DNA of 64,000 nt from an uncultured Thermodesulfobacteriota bacterium (GTDB taxonomy: Bacteria; Desulfobacterota; S145-22): positions 7,325 through 71,324 of the forward strand of contig CAZOBB010000199.1 of NCBI GenBank assembly GCA_964577975.1. Direction: 5' to 3'. The notes under the pieces were generated by a model that was not told the origin of the DNA, ran no database searches, and saw only the letters and a program-made list of their open reading frames with translations. Position numbers and translations under genes: made by a program. Within the stretch, counting starts at the first letter, position 1, and each line of letters starts with the position of its first letter. Shown here piece by piece: positions 9,738 to 19,270 of this stretch.

Positions 9738-9753
9738 CGCAAAAACCATACCA
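9738..9753 (-). promoter_or_regulatory. Candidate sigma-54 promoter upstream of the TPR-kinase-regulator operon
   Basis: The minus strand reads TGGTATGGTTTTTGCG, with GG-N10-GC spacing and the same TGGTATG -24 element as the flgB promoter. It lies only about 15 nt from the first in-frame ATG, so the true translation start is probably further downstream or the mRNA is leaderless. Confidence 0.35.
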
Positions 9754-9852
9754 CACACCTTCGGGCCCTCCTGGACCCATGTTCGCGAAACTTTATCTAT
9801 TTACAAAACCTTATCGTGGGAATACCCGCAGGAGCGCCTTTTTCTTTTCTTA

Positions 9853-9879
9853 AAAACTCAAAAAACGTCAATTTTTTGA
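9853..9879 (-). terminator. Weak intrinsic-terminator-like hairpin overlapping the stop of the orphan regulator gene
   Basis: On the minus-strand transcript, GUCAA-AAAA-UUGAC is followed by GUUUUUUGAGUUUUU. The stem is short and AU-rich. Confidence 0.3.
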
Positions 9880-11313
9880 CAGTAAGGAGGATGGATGATC
9901 GCCTTTTCCGGTAGATTCGAGTGCTATTTTTTTCTTTTTCATCTTCTCAACCAATGTCGTACGATTCATCCCCAACATCTTGGCTGCTCGGTTTTTTACA
10001 CCTCCCGCCTTTTTAAGGGCATGAAGGATCAATTCCTTTTCGTACTCGCTCACGGCTGTGCTGAACTGAATCCCACTTTCCAAGACCTTTTCAGGAGAAA
10101 AATCTGTTTTTACCGAAAACTCAAACATTTTATCCGGGAGATCGTTCACTGTAATGACGCCCTCCCCTTTCAAGACTACCAATCGCTCCACAAGATTCTC
10201 TAGCTCCCGAATGTTTCCTGGCCATGGATATTTCATGAAATATTCCATGGCCTCATCCTCGATCCCTTCGATATGGGACTCGTTCTTCTCATTAAAACGG
10301 GCAAGAAAATACCTCGTCAACAAGGGTATATCTTCTTTTCTCTCCCTCAATGGAGGAAGTTCGATAGGTATAACATTAAGTCGATAATACAAATCTTCTC
10401 GGAATCGATTTTCCTGGACGGCCTTTTCCAAGTTACGATGGGTAGCTGCAATAACCCGAATATCTACTGATATAGACCTTACTCCACCAACTCGTTCGAT
10501 TTCATGTTCTTGTAATACGCGCAATATCTTTACTTGGAGGGCCGGACTCATATCCCCGATTTCATCAAGAAAAATCGTTCCCCCATTAGCCAGTTCAAAC
10601 CTTCCAATCCTCGTATGGGTGGCCCCTGTAAAAGCCCCTTTCTCGTGTCCAAAAAGCTCACTCTCCAAAAGGTCTTCCGGAATGGCCCCGCAATTCACCG
10701 GCACCAAAGGGTGATTCCTACGGCTACTCAACTCGTGTATCGCACGGGCCGTCAACTCCTTTCCCGTTCCGCTTTCCCCAAAAATCAAGACCGTGCTGTT
10801 TGTCCGTGCAACCCTTCTTATCAATTCAAATACCTTTTGCATCGCAGCGCTTTTACCAAGCAGATTGCTCAACCGATCCTCTTCTACCCCCTTTTCTTTC
10901 TCTAAGTTCAACCGGGCTTGCGATACTGCTTGTCTAAGGACCTTCCGAAGAGATTCCACCTTCAAAGGCTTTCTCAAATAGTCAAAGGCCCCCAATTTCA
11001 TTGCCTTCACTGCACTTTCTACATCAGCATAACCTGTAAACAGGATAACTACGGGGGCATGAGGAAGTCGTTTCGCCGCCTCCAGAACCTCAATCCCATC
11101 TGCTTTGGGCATTCGAAGATCCGTCAATACGATATGAAAAGGGATCTTCTGTAACCGAGCAATACCGCTAATTCCATCCTCTACCGTCTCTACCTCGAGC
11201 CCTTCTGAAGACACGAATTCCCTCAAGAATTCCCGATACCTGGAGTCATCTTCCAAAATCAAAACTTTTATGGGAACAGAAGGTATTTTTTTGGATTGAT
11301 CCACTATCTTCAC
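9868..11313 (-). CDS. Orphan sigma-54-dependent response regulator (NtrC/PilR-like)
   Basis: Receiver domain (VLILEDD ... LTDLRMPKADG), AAA+ sigma-54 activator domain (GESGTGKE, GAFTGA, ESELFGHE) and a C-terminal HTH. No adjacent histidine kinase. Confidence 0.85.
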   Translation of the reverse strand: MKIVDQSKKIPSVPIKVLILEDDSRYREFLREFVSSEGLEVETVEDGISGIARLQKIPFHIVLTDLRMPKADGIEVLEAAKRLPHAPVVILFTGYADVESAVKAMKLGAFDYLRKPLKVESLRKVLRQAVSQARLNLEKEKGVEEDRLSNLLGKSAAMQKVFELIRRVARTNSTVLIFGESGTGKELTARAIHELSSRRNHPLVPVNCGAIPEDLLESELFGHEKGAFTGATHTRIGRFELANGGTIFLDEIGDMSPALQVKILRVLQEHEIERVGGVRSISVDIRVIAATHRNLEKAVQENRFREDLYYRLNVIPIELPPLRERKEDIPLLTRYFLARFNEKNESHIEGIEDEAMEYFMKYPWPGNIRELENLVERLVVLKGEGVITVNDLPDKMFEFSVKTDFSPEKVLESGIQFSTAVSEYEKELILHALKKAGGVKNRAAKMLGMNRTTLVEKMKKKKIALESTGKGDHPSSLLSKN

Positions 11314-11350
11314 CAGTTGGCAGTATTCACGACATATTACTTTATATTAT

Positions 11351-11378
11351 CATTACAACCTATGATAATGAAAAGATA
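11351..11378 (-). promoter_or_regulatory. Sigma-70-like promoter for the orphan regulator gene
   Basis: On the minus strand, TTGACA-N16-TATCAT lies in an AT-rich spacer about 40-60 nt upstream of the ATG at 11313. Confidence 0.35.
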
Positions 11379-11412
11379 ATATTTGTCAATAGCAAACCAC
11401 ATTCCATCCTAA

Positions 11413-12075
11413 TCAACGAGATCTTTGCACCCCCACCCTTTTACAATGGGGCTGTATAGCGCACTGGCTACAATGAGGAGAAAGGGGGGTACATATATTC
11501 TGACCGAATGTCACAAGCAAATCGTTATACTCAATCCAATACTCTCGAGGAAGGATTTGCCGAAGCGCCATCTCTGTTTTTTCAGGGGTTTTGGTTTCAA
11601 CCAATCCCAAACGATTAGACACTCGATGTACGTGCGTATCCACACAAATTCCCAACTTACCAAATCCTTGGGTTATAACAAGGTTAGCAGTTTTTCTCCC
11701 CACCCCTTTCAACTCCAACAATTCCTCTAAAGTATCCGGTACGTTGCCACCATATTTCTCGACAAGAGTATCACATAACTCAAGGATTCTTCTCGCCTTC
11801 GTATGATAGAATCCCGCCGGATAGATGGCCTTCTCAATCTCCTCCACCGAAAGAGTCCGCATTTTTTTCGGTGTCGATGCAAGAGAGAGTAATCTTTGCG
11901 TCGCCTGACGCGTTACGACATCTTTCGTTCTGAGGCTAATAAGGGTCGCAATCAAAACCGCAAAGGGGGAACGCCGTTCTTTTGCCACTTCCGTAACAAT
12001 TGGTTCTTGAAACTTCCTGTTTTCTACTCGAAGTGTTTCGATTATTTGGCGGATTTCCTCATTCGTCATCAACAA
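11413..12075 (-). CDS. nth: Endonuclease III (DNA glycosylase/AP lyase)
   Basis: HhH-GPD motif (LKGVGRKTANLV ... VDTHVHRV) and a C-terminal 4Fe-4S cluster loop (CTPLSPHCSQCAIQPHC). Confidence 0.85.
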   Translation of the reverse strand: MLMTNEEIRQIIETLRVENRKFQEPIVTEVAKERRSPFAVLIATLISLRTKDVVTRQATQRLLSLASTPKKMRTLSVEEIEKAIYPAGFYHTKARRILELCDTLVEKYGGNVPDTLEELLELKGVGRKTANLVITQGFGKLGICVDTHVHRVSNRLGLVETKTPEKTEMALRQILPREYWIEYNDLLVTFGQNICTPLSPHCSQCAIQPHCKRVGVQRSR

Positions 12076-12341
12076 TCTCCAATCTCTTCAGCCTGACCTT
12101 CCACGGCAAGATGCATGGCAACTTCCAAGACACGTTGATCTTTCCCGAGTACTTCATAAATCTTTCTGAGAGACCAACCTTGCCGCTTCATCTCTCTCAC
12201 CCGTGAAACCAACGAAGGGGGATATTGCAAGAGGAGAGAGGCAACGTCATCCTTTAATGCCTTGGAGGCCCTTCTTCTTGCCGATTCTGTCGGAAAAAAT
12301 TTACGAATGGCCTCTTGTTTGCTTCTCTTCATCCCATTCAT
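12069..12341 (-). CDS. Small hypothetical HTH protein (resolvase/Sigma-70-region-4-like HTH)
   Basis: A 90-aa ORF fills the otherwise non-coding 225-nt gap between the HAD and nth genes. The segment VREMKRQGWSLRKIYEVLGKDQRV resembles HTH_23/resolvase-type helix-turn-helix. Its ends overlap both neighbours, so the start is uncertain. Confidence 0.3.
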   Translation of the reverse strand: MNGMKRSKQEAIRKFFPTESARRRASKALKDDVASLLLQYPPSLVSRVREMKRQGWSLRKIYEVLGKDQRVLEVAMHLAVEGQAEEIGDC

Positions 12342-12990
12342 TCTCCCTCAAAATAGCCGGAAGTTCCCGTATGTCATGGATGATAAAATCGGGACGATAT
12401 TTTTTTAACGAATTTTCCTTTTCCTCTGAATTCGCTACTACACAACTAAAACACCCCGCGTTTCGAGCCACAAGAATATCGTTCCTCCCGTCTCCTACCA
12501 TTAAAGTCTTCCGGATCGATCCTCCCAAACCCTCAACGATGCCTCGTAAAAAGGAAGGGTCTGGTTTGGGAACCTTTCCATCGGCCTCACCCACGACGAC
12601 TTCGAAAAATGACGCGACCCCGAGCCCCTCAAGAATCTTTCTCGCAAAGGCCTCCGTTTTATTCGTCAATACGGCAAGGAGATACTTTCCTTTCAAATCT
12701 TCTAGTGTCTCCGGCACGCCCGGTAGAAGGACCGTCGTATCGAGGAGATGTTCAGCATAATAGGCCGTGAAAATTTTTCTTGCCTCGGACAATTTCTCAA
12801 GGTGGCGTTCCGTCAAACACCGACGTAACAGGGTTTCGATACCGTCTCCCACATAAGAAACGATTGTTTCTTCGGGAAGGGGAACAAGACCCAATCCCCT
12901 CAAGGCCGCATTGGCTGCTGAAGAAAGGTCCGATCGGCTGTCGATGAGGGTTCCATCCAGGTCGAATACAACACTAACCGAATGATTCAC
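12301..12990 (-). CDS. HAD-superfamily phosphatase (phosphoglycolate phosphatase-like)
   Basis: Motif I VVFDLDGTLIDS, motif II/III (LAVLTNK ... GDGRNDI). The likely GTG start at 12990 overlaps the smc stop by 4 nt. Confidence 0.75.
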   Translation of the reverse strand: MNHSVSVVFDLDGTLIDSRSDLSSAANAALRGLGLVPLPEETIVSYVGDGIETLLRRCLTERHLEKLSEARKIFTAYYAEHLLDTTVLLPGVPETLEDLKGKYLLAVLTNKTEAFARKILEGLGVASFFEVVVGEADGKVPKPDPSFLRGIVEGLGGSIRKTLMVGDGRNDILVARNAGCFSCVVANSEEKENSLKKYRPDFIIHDIRELPAILRENEWDEEKQTRGHS

Positions 12991-15900
12991 GCTCCCACTT
13001 CCTCTAAAGAAACACTCACAATCTTCGACACACCCGGTTGTTCCATGGTAACTCCGAGAAGTGATTTTGCACATGCCATGGTATGTTTATTGTGAGTAAT
13101 AAGTATGAATTGTGAGATTTCGGAAAGCTCCATAATCAACTGATTAAAGCGGGCTATGTTGTTATCATCAAGTGGTGCATCCACCTCATCCAAAACACAA
13201 AAGGGGCTGGGACGTGCCAGAAATAGGGCAAAAAGGAAGGCGATGGCAACAAGGGCCTTCTCGCCACCAGACAGTAATCGGATGACCTGCAAGCGCTTGC
13301 CGGGCGGCTGGGCAAAGATCTCCACCCCTGTCTCCCGGTAGTTGTGAGGGTCTGTCAAACGTAACTCCGCTTTCCCTCCACCAAACAACTTGACGAAAAG
13401 ATTGGCAAAATTCCCTTGGATTCTTTCGAACGTTTCCTTAAAACGCACCGCCGTGGTGCGGTTAATCCGTTGGATGGTTTCTGTCAAGGTTTGGATCGCA
13501 TCCAACAAATCATCCCGCTGCTGTTCCAAAAAGGTTATACGCTCTTTCAACTCTTCAAATTCCTTGACGGCCACAAAATTGATTTCCCCGATCTGCCGTA
13601 ATTTCTCCTCGAGTCTTGCGATTTCTTTTTCCTCAGGAGGGTGTTCTTTCTCAATATCGGCGGCTACCTTTTCCCTCAAATCCACCTGATATCGATCTTT
13701 TATCTCTTTCCACAAAGTATTCGATTCCAACCCAACCCGGGAAAGCTCCAGCTGTTTCGCAGAAAGCTCGTCTTTGAGCTCCTTTAACTCTTTGAATATT
13801 TTTGACTTTTCCATCTCCAAAGCAACAACTGCTTCCTTCTCCCGGCGTAAAAGAAGTTCCTTCTTCTCCATATCCTGCTTCATTACCTCAAGAGCTGCCT
13901 CTGATTCTTCCAACTCCCCTTGCAAGGTGTTCAGCTCACCCGAAAGTTTTTCCAAATCCCTACCCAGTGCCAAGATCTGATGTCGTTTCTCTTCTATTTC
14001 GCGATCGAGCCTCTTCCTTTGATTCTCCACGGCAGTCTCATTTGCCACTAAACTCTGGAGTTTTTCTTTCAACTTTGCTTCTTCCACCTTGAGTTGGTGA
14101 ATCTCCTGGGATTTCTCCTCCACGACTGCTTTCAAATTACGAATCCTCGCTTCATAATCTTCCGTCTTTTCACACAAATCCTCTTGGCGTTTCCGATACT
14201 CCAATAAAGCGTGTTCTTCCTCCTCCCTTTGACGCATAGAAGTCTCAATAGCACCACATAGCTCCTCTATTTCGGAGCTCAAAAGGCCAACTTGTTTTTC
14301 TACCCATTCCCGGTGTGTTTCAAGCCTTTCCACCTCATGCTGACAAGAGCGAAAAGCGATCTCTTTTTCCTGAATATCATCACGGATCGCTTTAAATTCT
14401 TCACTCAAAGACGCCACCCTTTCCCTAACACGGTTTGCGGTGGAAACAAGGGACCTTTTTTCCCTCTCCAGCTCCCTGATTTTTTTCTTCAACCAATTTA
14501 TTTTACGGTTCCGAGCGATCCTTCCCTCGGCTTTTCTCCCCTCGCTCCCCCCAACTATCACTCCATTGGGATAGAAAACATCTCCTTCCAATGTCACTAA
14601 GATACCAGAGAATCCATTTCGTTTCTGGATATTGAAGGCAACCTGAGGCGTCTTCACCACCCAAACATCTTTGAGAAGACAAGACAAAATCTTTTTTTCC
14701 TCTTCGTCCGCCTTTACGTATTTTATAAGTGGCTCCAATTCCTCTTCCGCCGACGAAGGGGTATCCCCACATTCCATCAAATTATCCGTAGGTATCAACC
14801 CACTTCGACCTGCTTTTTTCTCTTTTAAAAAAGAAAGGGCCTGGAGTACCGTCTCATGGGTGTCTACCACCACAAATTCAAGCTCGTCCCTCAATACCGC
14901 CTCAAGGGCCTTGTCATACTGGGGATCAATCTCAATGGTATCCGCTACCAACTTACAAACGGAAGAATTCTTCTTTTGCCCCCCGAAATATTGTGCCATC
15001 AACGCCTTGGCTCCCGCAGAGGAAATATCTTCCAAGCGTTGCTGAATCGCCAAAAGGGAGGACAAACTCGAGCGGTTTTCCGTCAATTCTCTTTCCAACG
15101 ACGAAAGCTGTTCTTCCAATTCACGTTTTTGCTCTTCTGCCTCCCCCAACCTTGCCTGGAGTTCTTCGCTTTTCTTTTTCAACTCTATCAGCGATTTTTT
15201 CAATGAATCACGAAGACGGCGCTGCTCCAGTTCCGCATCTGTCAAAGCCGCAATCTGATCTCTTACGGTCTTAAGTTCGCTCTCTCGTGCTTTTATTCCC
15301 CGCTTCGTTTCTTCTATCCTTTCGTTAAGCTGGATGATCTTGTTTTTCACCTCCACCTCAGCCGTCATGGTTTCAAATACTATCCGGCGATGGTTTTCAA
15401 AATCAGTTTCTAACCTTTCAAGCCGCCCCTTTTCAGACAAGAAGATTGCCGCTCTCTTCTCCAGCTCCTGTTGCCGTCTTGCCAGATCATTTCGGACCTT
15501 TGCTATTTCTTCCTCCAATTTCCCCTTTTCTCGCACCAATGCTTCTCTACGTTGGACGATCTCTTTTAAGGTATTCTTGACTCCTCTTAGCGTTTCTTCC
15601 AAACGCCCTCTTCGCTCCCTCAGGGAAAAAAGTACATTCCTTCCCTTGTCTACGACATCCCGTTGTTTAGCAAAACGCTCACTTAGGTCTCGAAGCTCTT
15701 CCTCGCGCTCAAGGAGTTTCGTTTGGGCTTCCCCTACGTTCGCCTCTGCCTTTTCCCACGCAGTTTCTTTTCCCTTTACTAACTGGACAAGCCTTTCCTT
15801 CTCTTTTTCGAGTTTTTCGACCTTCTCTTGAACGTTTCTCCATTGGAAAAGGGCCCGTCGCACAACTAAAGCGTCCAATTCCCCTTTGAGCCGCTGATAC

Positions 15901-16550
15901 CGCCTCGCCTTGGCCGCCTGACGCTTCAACCGGTTGGCCTGCCGATTTACCTCATACAGGATATCCTCCACGCGCGCGAGATTTTGTTTCGTCGCCTCCA
16001 TCTTTCTCAGGGAAATTTCCCGCCTCTCCTTATACTTTGAGATCCCTGCCGATTCATCGAGAAGGAGACGACGTTCTTCAGGCCGCGCATTGATGATGGC
16101 ATCGACTTTACCCTGTTCAATGATAGCGTAGGAGTTTGTCCCCAGTCCCGTTCCCAAGAAGAATTCGGTAATATCCCGCAGACGGCACCGATGTTTATTC
16201 AACCAAAATTCACTTTCTCCCGTACGATAAACTACCCGGCGAATTTCGATTTCCGGTAGTTCACGATATGGTTCACAAGCCAAACCATTCGAGTTGTCCA
16301 GAACCATCCGCACTTCCGCTCTACCGAGGGGCGCCACACCCTCTGCCCCCGCGAAAATGATATCTTCCATGGAACGGCTTCTCAAAAGTTTTGGGCTTGT
16401 AGCCCCCATCACCCATAAAAGGGCATCAAGGATATTACTTTTCCCACAACCATTCGGCCCAACGATGGCCGTAATTCCCTCCGGAAAATCAATTGCCGTG
16501 GAAAATGGAAAGGATTTAAACCCTGCAAGTTCAAGGCGCTTGATTCTCAT
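12987..16550 (-). CDS. smc: Chromosome partition protein SMC
   Basis: 1187 aa. N-terminal Walker A (GPNGCGKSN), long coiled coils, a central hinge, and the C-terminal signature LSGGEKALVAIAFLFAL with Walker B (VLDEVDAPLD). Confidence 0.92.
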   Translation of the reverse strand: MRIKRLELAGFKSFPFSTAIDFPEGITAIVGPNGCGKSNILDALLWVMGATSPKLLRSRSMEDIIFAGAEGVAPLGRAEVRMVLDNSNGLACEPYRELPEIEIRRVVYRTGESEFWLNKHRCRLRDITEFFLGTGLGTNSYAIIEQGKVDAIINARPEERRLLLDESAGISKYKERREISLRKMEATKQNLARVEDILYEVNRQANRLKRQAAKARRYQRLKGELDALVVRRALFQWRNVQEKVEKLEKEKERLVQLVKGKETAWEKAEANVGEAQTKLLEREEELRDLSERFAKQRDVVDKGRNVLFSLRERRGRLEETLRGVKNTLKEIVQRREALVREKGKLEEEIAKVRNDLARRQQELEKRAAIFLSEKGRLERLETDFENHRRIVFETMTAEVEVKNKIIQLNERIEETKRGIKARESELKTVRDQIAALTDAELEQRRLRDSLKKSLIELKKKSEELQARLGEAEEQKRELEEQLSSLERELTENRSSLSSLLAIQQRLEDISSAGAKALMAQYFGGQKKNSSVCKLVADTIEIDPQYDKALEAVLRDELEFVVVDTHETVLQALSFLKEKKAGRSGLIPTDNLMECGDTPSSAEEELEPLIKYVKADEEEKKILSCLLKDVWVVKTPQVAFNIQKRNGFSGILVTLEGDVFYPNGVIVGGSEGRKAEGRIARNRKINWLKKKIRELEREKRSLVSTANRVRERVASLSEEFKAIRDDIQEKEIAFRSCQHEVERLETHREWVEKQVGLLSSEIEELCGAIETSMRQREEEEHALLEYRKRQEDLCEKTEDYEARIRNLKAVVEEKSQEIHQLKVEEAKLKEKLQSLVANETAVENQRKRLDREIEEKRHQILALGRDLEKLSGELNTLQGELEESEAALEVMKQDMEKKELLLRREKEAVVALEMEKSKIFKELKELKDELSAKQLELSRVGLESNTLWKEIKDRYQVDLREKVAADIEKEHPPEEKEIARLEEKLRQIGEINFVAVKEFEELKERITFLEQQRDDLLDAIQTLTETIQRINRTTAVRFKETFERIQGNFANLFVKLFGGGKAELRLTDPHNYRETGVEIFAQPPGKRLQVIRLLSGGEKALVAIAFLFALFLARPSPFCVLDEVDAPLDDNNIARFNQLIMELSEISQFILITHNKHTMACAKSLLGVTMEQPGVSKIVSVSLEEVGA

Positions 16551-16599
16551 CGCTCGTCTGTCGCCCCATGAAGACAGAAAAGATTCAACAGAACTGTCT

Positions 16600-18078
16600 T
16601 TACTCGAAGGTTTCCGTTTTTTTCTGTTCCATATACGAGATGGCGTTGCGCAAACGTTCTAGGGTCGTTTCTTTCCCCAAGACCTCCATCACCTCAAAAA
16701 GGCCGGGACTTACTGTCTTTCCAGTCAATGCAACTCGCACCGGTTGAGCAATTTTTCCCAATTTAATCCCGTGTGCCTCCACGACCTTCTCGAAACATTT
16801 TTCCACGTTGGACTCTTCAAATGTATCTAGTGATTCCAAACAGGAAACAAGCTGGGTAAAATAAGGCACAAGCGCAGGTTTCAAAAACTTTTTGGCCGCT
16901 TTGGCATCATATTCGAGTCTTTTCACAAAGTAAAAACGCATTCCTTCTGCCATCTCTTTTAGGGTGCGGCTACGCTCCTTAAGGGTGCGAACCGCCATGA
17001 CAAGCTTCTCCTCGGAAAAGGTGAGATTTTCCCTCAGAAGGAAAGGCCGAACCTTGTCTGCAAGGTCTTCCTCAGAAATAGATCGAATGTAATGCCCATT
17101 CAGCCACAGCAATTTGTCTGGATTAAAGACAGCCGCTGACTTCCCTATCCCCTTGAGATCAAAAAGGTCTATCAGCTCTTCTTTCGAAAAAATCTCTTGA
17201 TCCCCGTGAGACCACCCTAGTCGGACAAGATAGTTAGTAAGGGCTTGAGGTAGATACCCCTCCTCCCTATAGGCCAAAACAGATACGGCACCGTGACGTT
17301 TGCTCAAACGTTTATGGTCTTGTCCCAATATCATGGGTACATGAGCAAAATGGGGAAGAGGATATCCCAAGGCTTGATAAATTAGGATTTGACGAGGGGT
17401 ATTGTTCAAATGGTCATCTCCCCGGATTACATGCGTCACCCCCATGGTGGCATCATCCACCACCACGGCAAAGTTGTAGGTGGGAACTCCATCGGCTCGA
17501 ACAATGACGAGATCATCCAGTTCCTTTACGTCAAATTGGACCTCTCCTTTTACGAGATCCTTTACCACAATCGTTCCTTCCTCCGGGCACTTGAAACGCA
17601 ACACGAACGGTTTATCTTCAGGAAAATCGGTACGAAACCGGCACGTACCATCGTATTTGGGCTTTCGTCCCTCCTTTAGTGCCTGTTTCCTTTTTTCTTC
17701 CAGTTCTTCCGGGGTGCAGTAACAACGATACGCCCATCCCGTCTCCAGGAGTTGCTGGGCAGCTCCCCGATACAATTCCAGCCGGTCAGTCTGGAAATAG
17801 GGTCCTTCATCCCAATCTAGCCCCAACCACTGCATGGCTTCCAAAATCACGTTGATCGAATCTTGTGTAGAGCGCTGGCGATCGGTATCCTCTATACGCA
17901 GAATAAACTTGCCCCCCGTATGCCTCGCGTAAAGCCAATTAAAAAGAGCGGTTCTCGCTCCCCCTATATGGAGGTACCCCGTAGGACTGGGGGCAAAACG
18001 GGTAATCACCTTCGCTAATGTTGTTTGTTTGCTCACCAGTTTTAAATTCCTCCCTTCAAACTCCGTTTTCCCGGACAA
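16600..18078 (-). CDS. gltX: Glutamyl-tRNA synthetase
   Basis: Class I HIGH motif (PTGYLHIGGARTA) and KMSKS motif (KLSKRHG). 492 aa. Confidence 0.9.
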   Translation of the reverse strand: MSGKTEFEGRNLKLVSKQTTLAKVITRFAPSPTGYLHIGGARTALFNWLYARHTGGKFILRIEDTDRQRSTQDSINVILEAMQWLGLDWDEGPYFQTDRLELYRGAAQQLLETGWAYRCYCTPEELEEKRKQALKEGRKPKYDGTCRFRTDFPEDKPFVLRFKCPEEGTIVVKDLVKGEVQFDVKELDDLVIVRADGVPTYNFAVVVDDATMGVTHVIRGDDHLNNTPRQILIYQALGYPLPHFAHVPMILGQDHKRLSKRHGAVSVLAYREEGYLPQALTNYLVRLGWSHGDQEIFSKEELIDLFDLKGIGKSAAVFNPDKLLWLNGHYIRSISEEDLADKVRPFLLRENLTFSEEKLVMAVRTLKERSRTLKEMAEGMRFYFVKRLEYDAKAAKKFLKPALVPYFTQLVSCLESLDTFEESNVEKCFEKVVEAHGIKLGKIAQPVRVALTGKTVSPGLFEVMEVLGKETTLERLRNAISYMEQKKTETFE

Positions 18079-18592
18079 CTATAATCTCCCCACCGAGATC
18101 TCCCCACATCACTTCAACCGTGTCTCGATATGAAGTTTCAACAACAAAACCACAATAATCTGGCTGAATAGGCAATTCCCGGTGTCCTCGATCCACAAGT
18201 ACCGCCAAGCGAACCAAACGGGGACGTCCCAAACAGAAAAGGGCATCCATGGCCGCCCTAGCACTTCTTCCCGTAAAAATGACATCATCCACCAAAAGAA
18301 TTGCCTCATCTTCAATTGATACCGGCAATTCCATCGGCAGTAGCCCTTTAGAAGGCAGTAGACGATGGATATCATCCCGGTACAACGTGGTATCCACGGA
18401 CCCCACCACCACTCTCTCTACTCCCATTTCGAGGAAAACCTCCTCCAGACATCGAGCAACACGCATCCCCCCGCTCTGGATTCCAACAACTATAGGAAAT
18501 TTGTCACCTTTGAATTCGTCGTAAATCTCTCCCCCTATCTCTGAAAGGATCTGCGACACTTGATCAGGTAGACAGAGGGTCTCTTTCGCCAT
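18056..18592 (-). CDS. pyrR: Bifunctional pyrimidine regulatory protein PyrR / uracil phosphoribosyltransferase
   Basis: PRTase motif VLVDDVIFTGRSARAAMDAL. The likely start MAKETL at 18592 overlaps the lepB stop as ATGA. Confidence 0.85.
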   Translation of the reverse strand: MAKETLCLPDQVSQILSEIGGEIYDEFKGDKFPIVVGIQSGGMRVARCLEEVFLEMGVERVVVGSVDTTLYRDDIHRLLPSKGLLPMELPVSIEDEAILLVDDVIFTGRSARAAMDALFCLGRPRLVRLAVLVDRGHRELPIQPDYCGFVVETSYRDTVEVMWGDLGGEIIVVRENGV

Positions 18593-19269
18593 CAATGGAT
18601 AATTCTCCCAATACGCCCCCATCGAACCTTGTGCGCCCAATCCGGGGCCAAATAATCCCAAGACCAATAAAGGATCAACGCCTTGCCTTCAATAAATCGC
18701 TTGTCAACGAATCCCCAAAACCGGCTGTCATAGCTGTGATTCCGATTATCTCCCATCATGAAATATGCATTTTTAGGGACCACAACTGGACCAAAATGTT
18801 CTTGGATCTTCCCGATGGCCCCTCCTACGTATCCCCGATAGACTCCCCACGGGTCATGAATCTGCCTTCCATTGATGAGTATCTTCTTACCCACTATCTC
18901 CACCGTTTCTCCGGGGAGACCAATCACCCGTTTGATGAAATCCTTGCTGTGGTCTTCCGGGAAGACGAACACAACGACATCTCCTCGCTTGGGCGACGAG
19001 ATGGGAATAAGTGTGGTTCCCCCTCCGGGTAGATAAATACCAAAGATGCGGTACGGTATTCTTATACCATAAGCAAACTTGCTCACCAGGAGATGATCTC
19101 CCACCAATAGCGTCGGTTCCATGGAACCCGACGGTATCTTGAAGGCCTGAATCACGAAAGTTCGAACAACCATCGCGATCAAAAACGCAATGAGGATCGA
19201 CTCTCCGTATTCTCTGAACCAAGACTTCTTTTTCACGTCCCTTGAACTGGTAAAAATTCTCCTTCCCAT
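18592..19269 (-). CDS. lepB: Signal peptidase I
   Basis: N-terminal TM, catalytic Ser box (SGSMEPTL) and Lys box, plus GDNRNHSYDSRFWGFV. The likely start MGRRIF is at 19269. Confidence 0.85.
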   Translation of the reverse strand: MGRRIFTSSRDVKKKSWFREYGESILIAFLIAMVVRTFVIQAFKIPSGSMEPTLLVGDHLLVSKFAYGIRIPYRIFGIYLPGGGTTLIPISSPKRGDVVVFVFPEDHSKDFIKRVIGLPGETVEIVGKKILINGRQIHDPWGVYRGYVGGAIGKIQEHFGPVVVPKNAYFMMGDNRNHSYDSRFWGFVDKRFIEGKALILYWSWDYLAPDWAHKVRWGRIGRIIH

Positions 19270-19270
19270 A

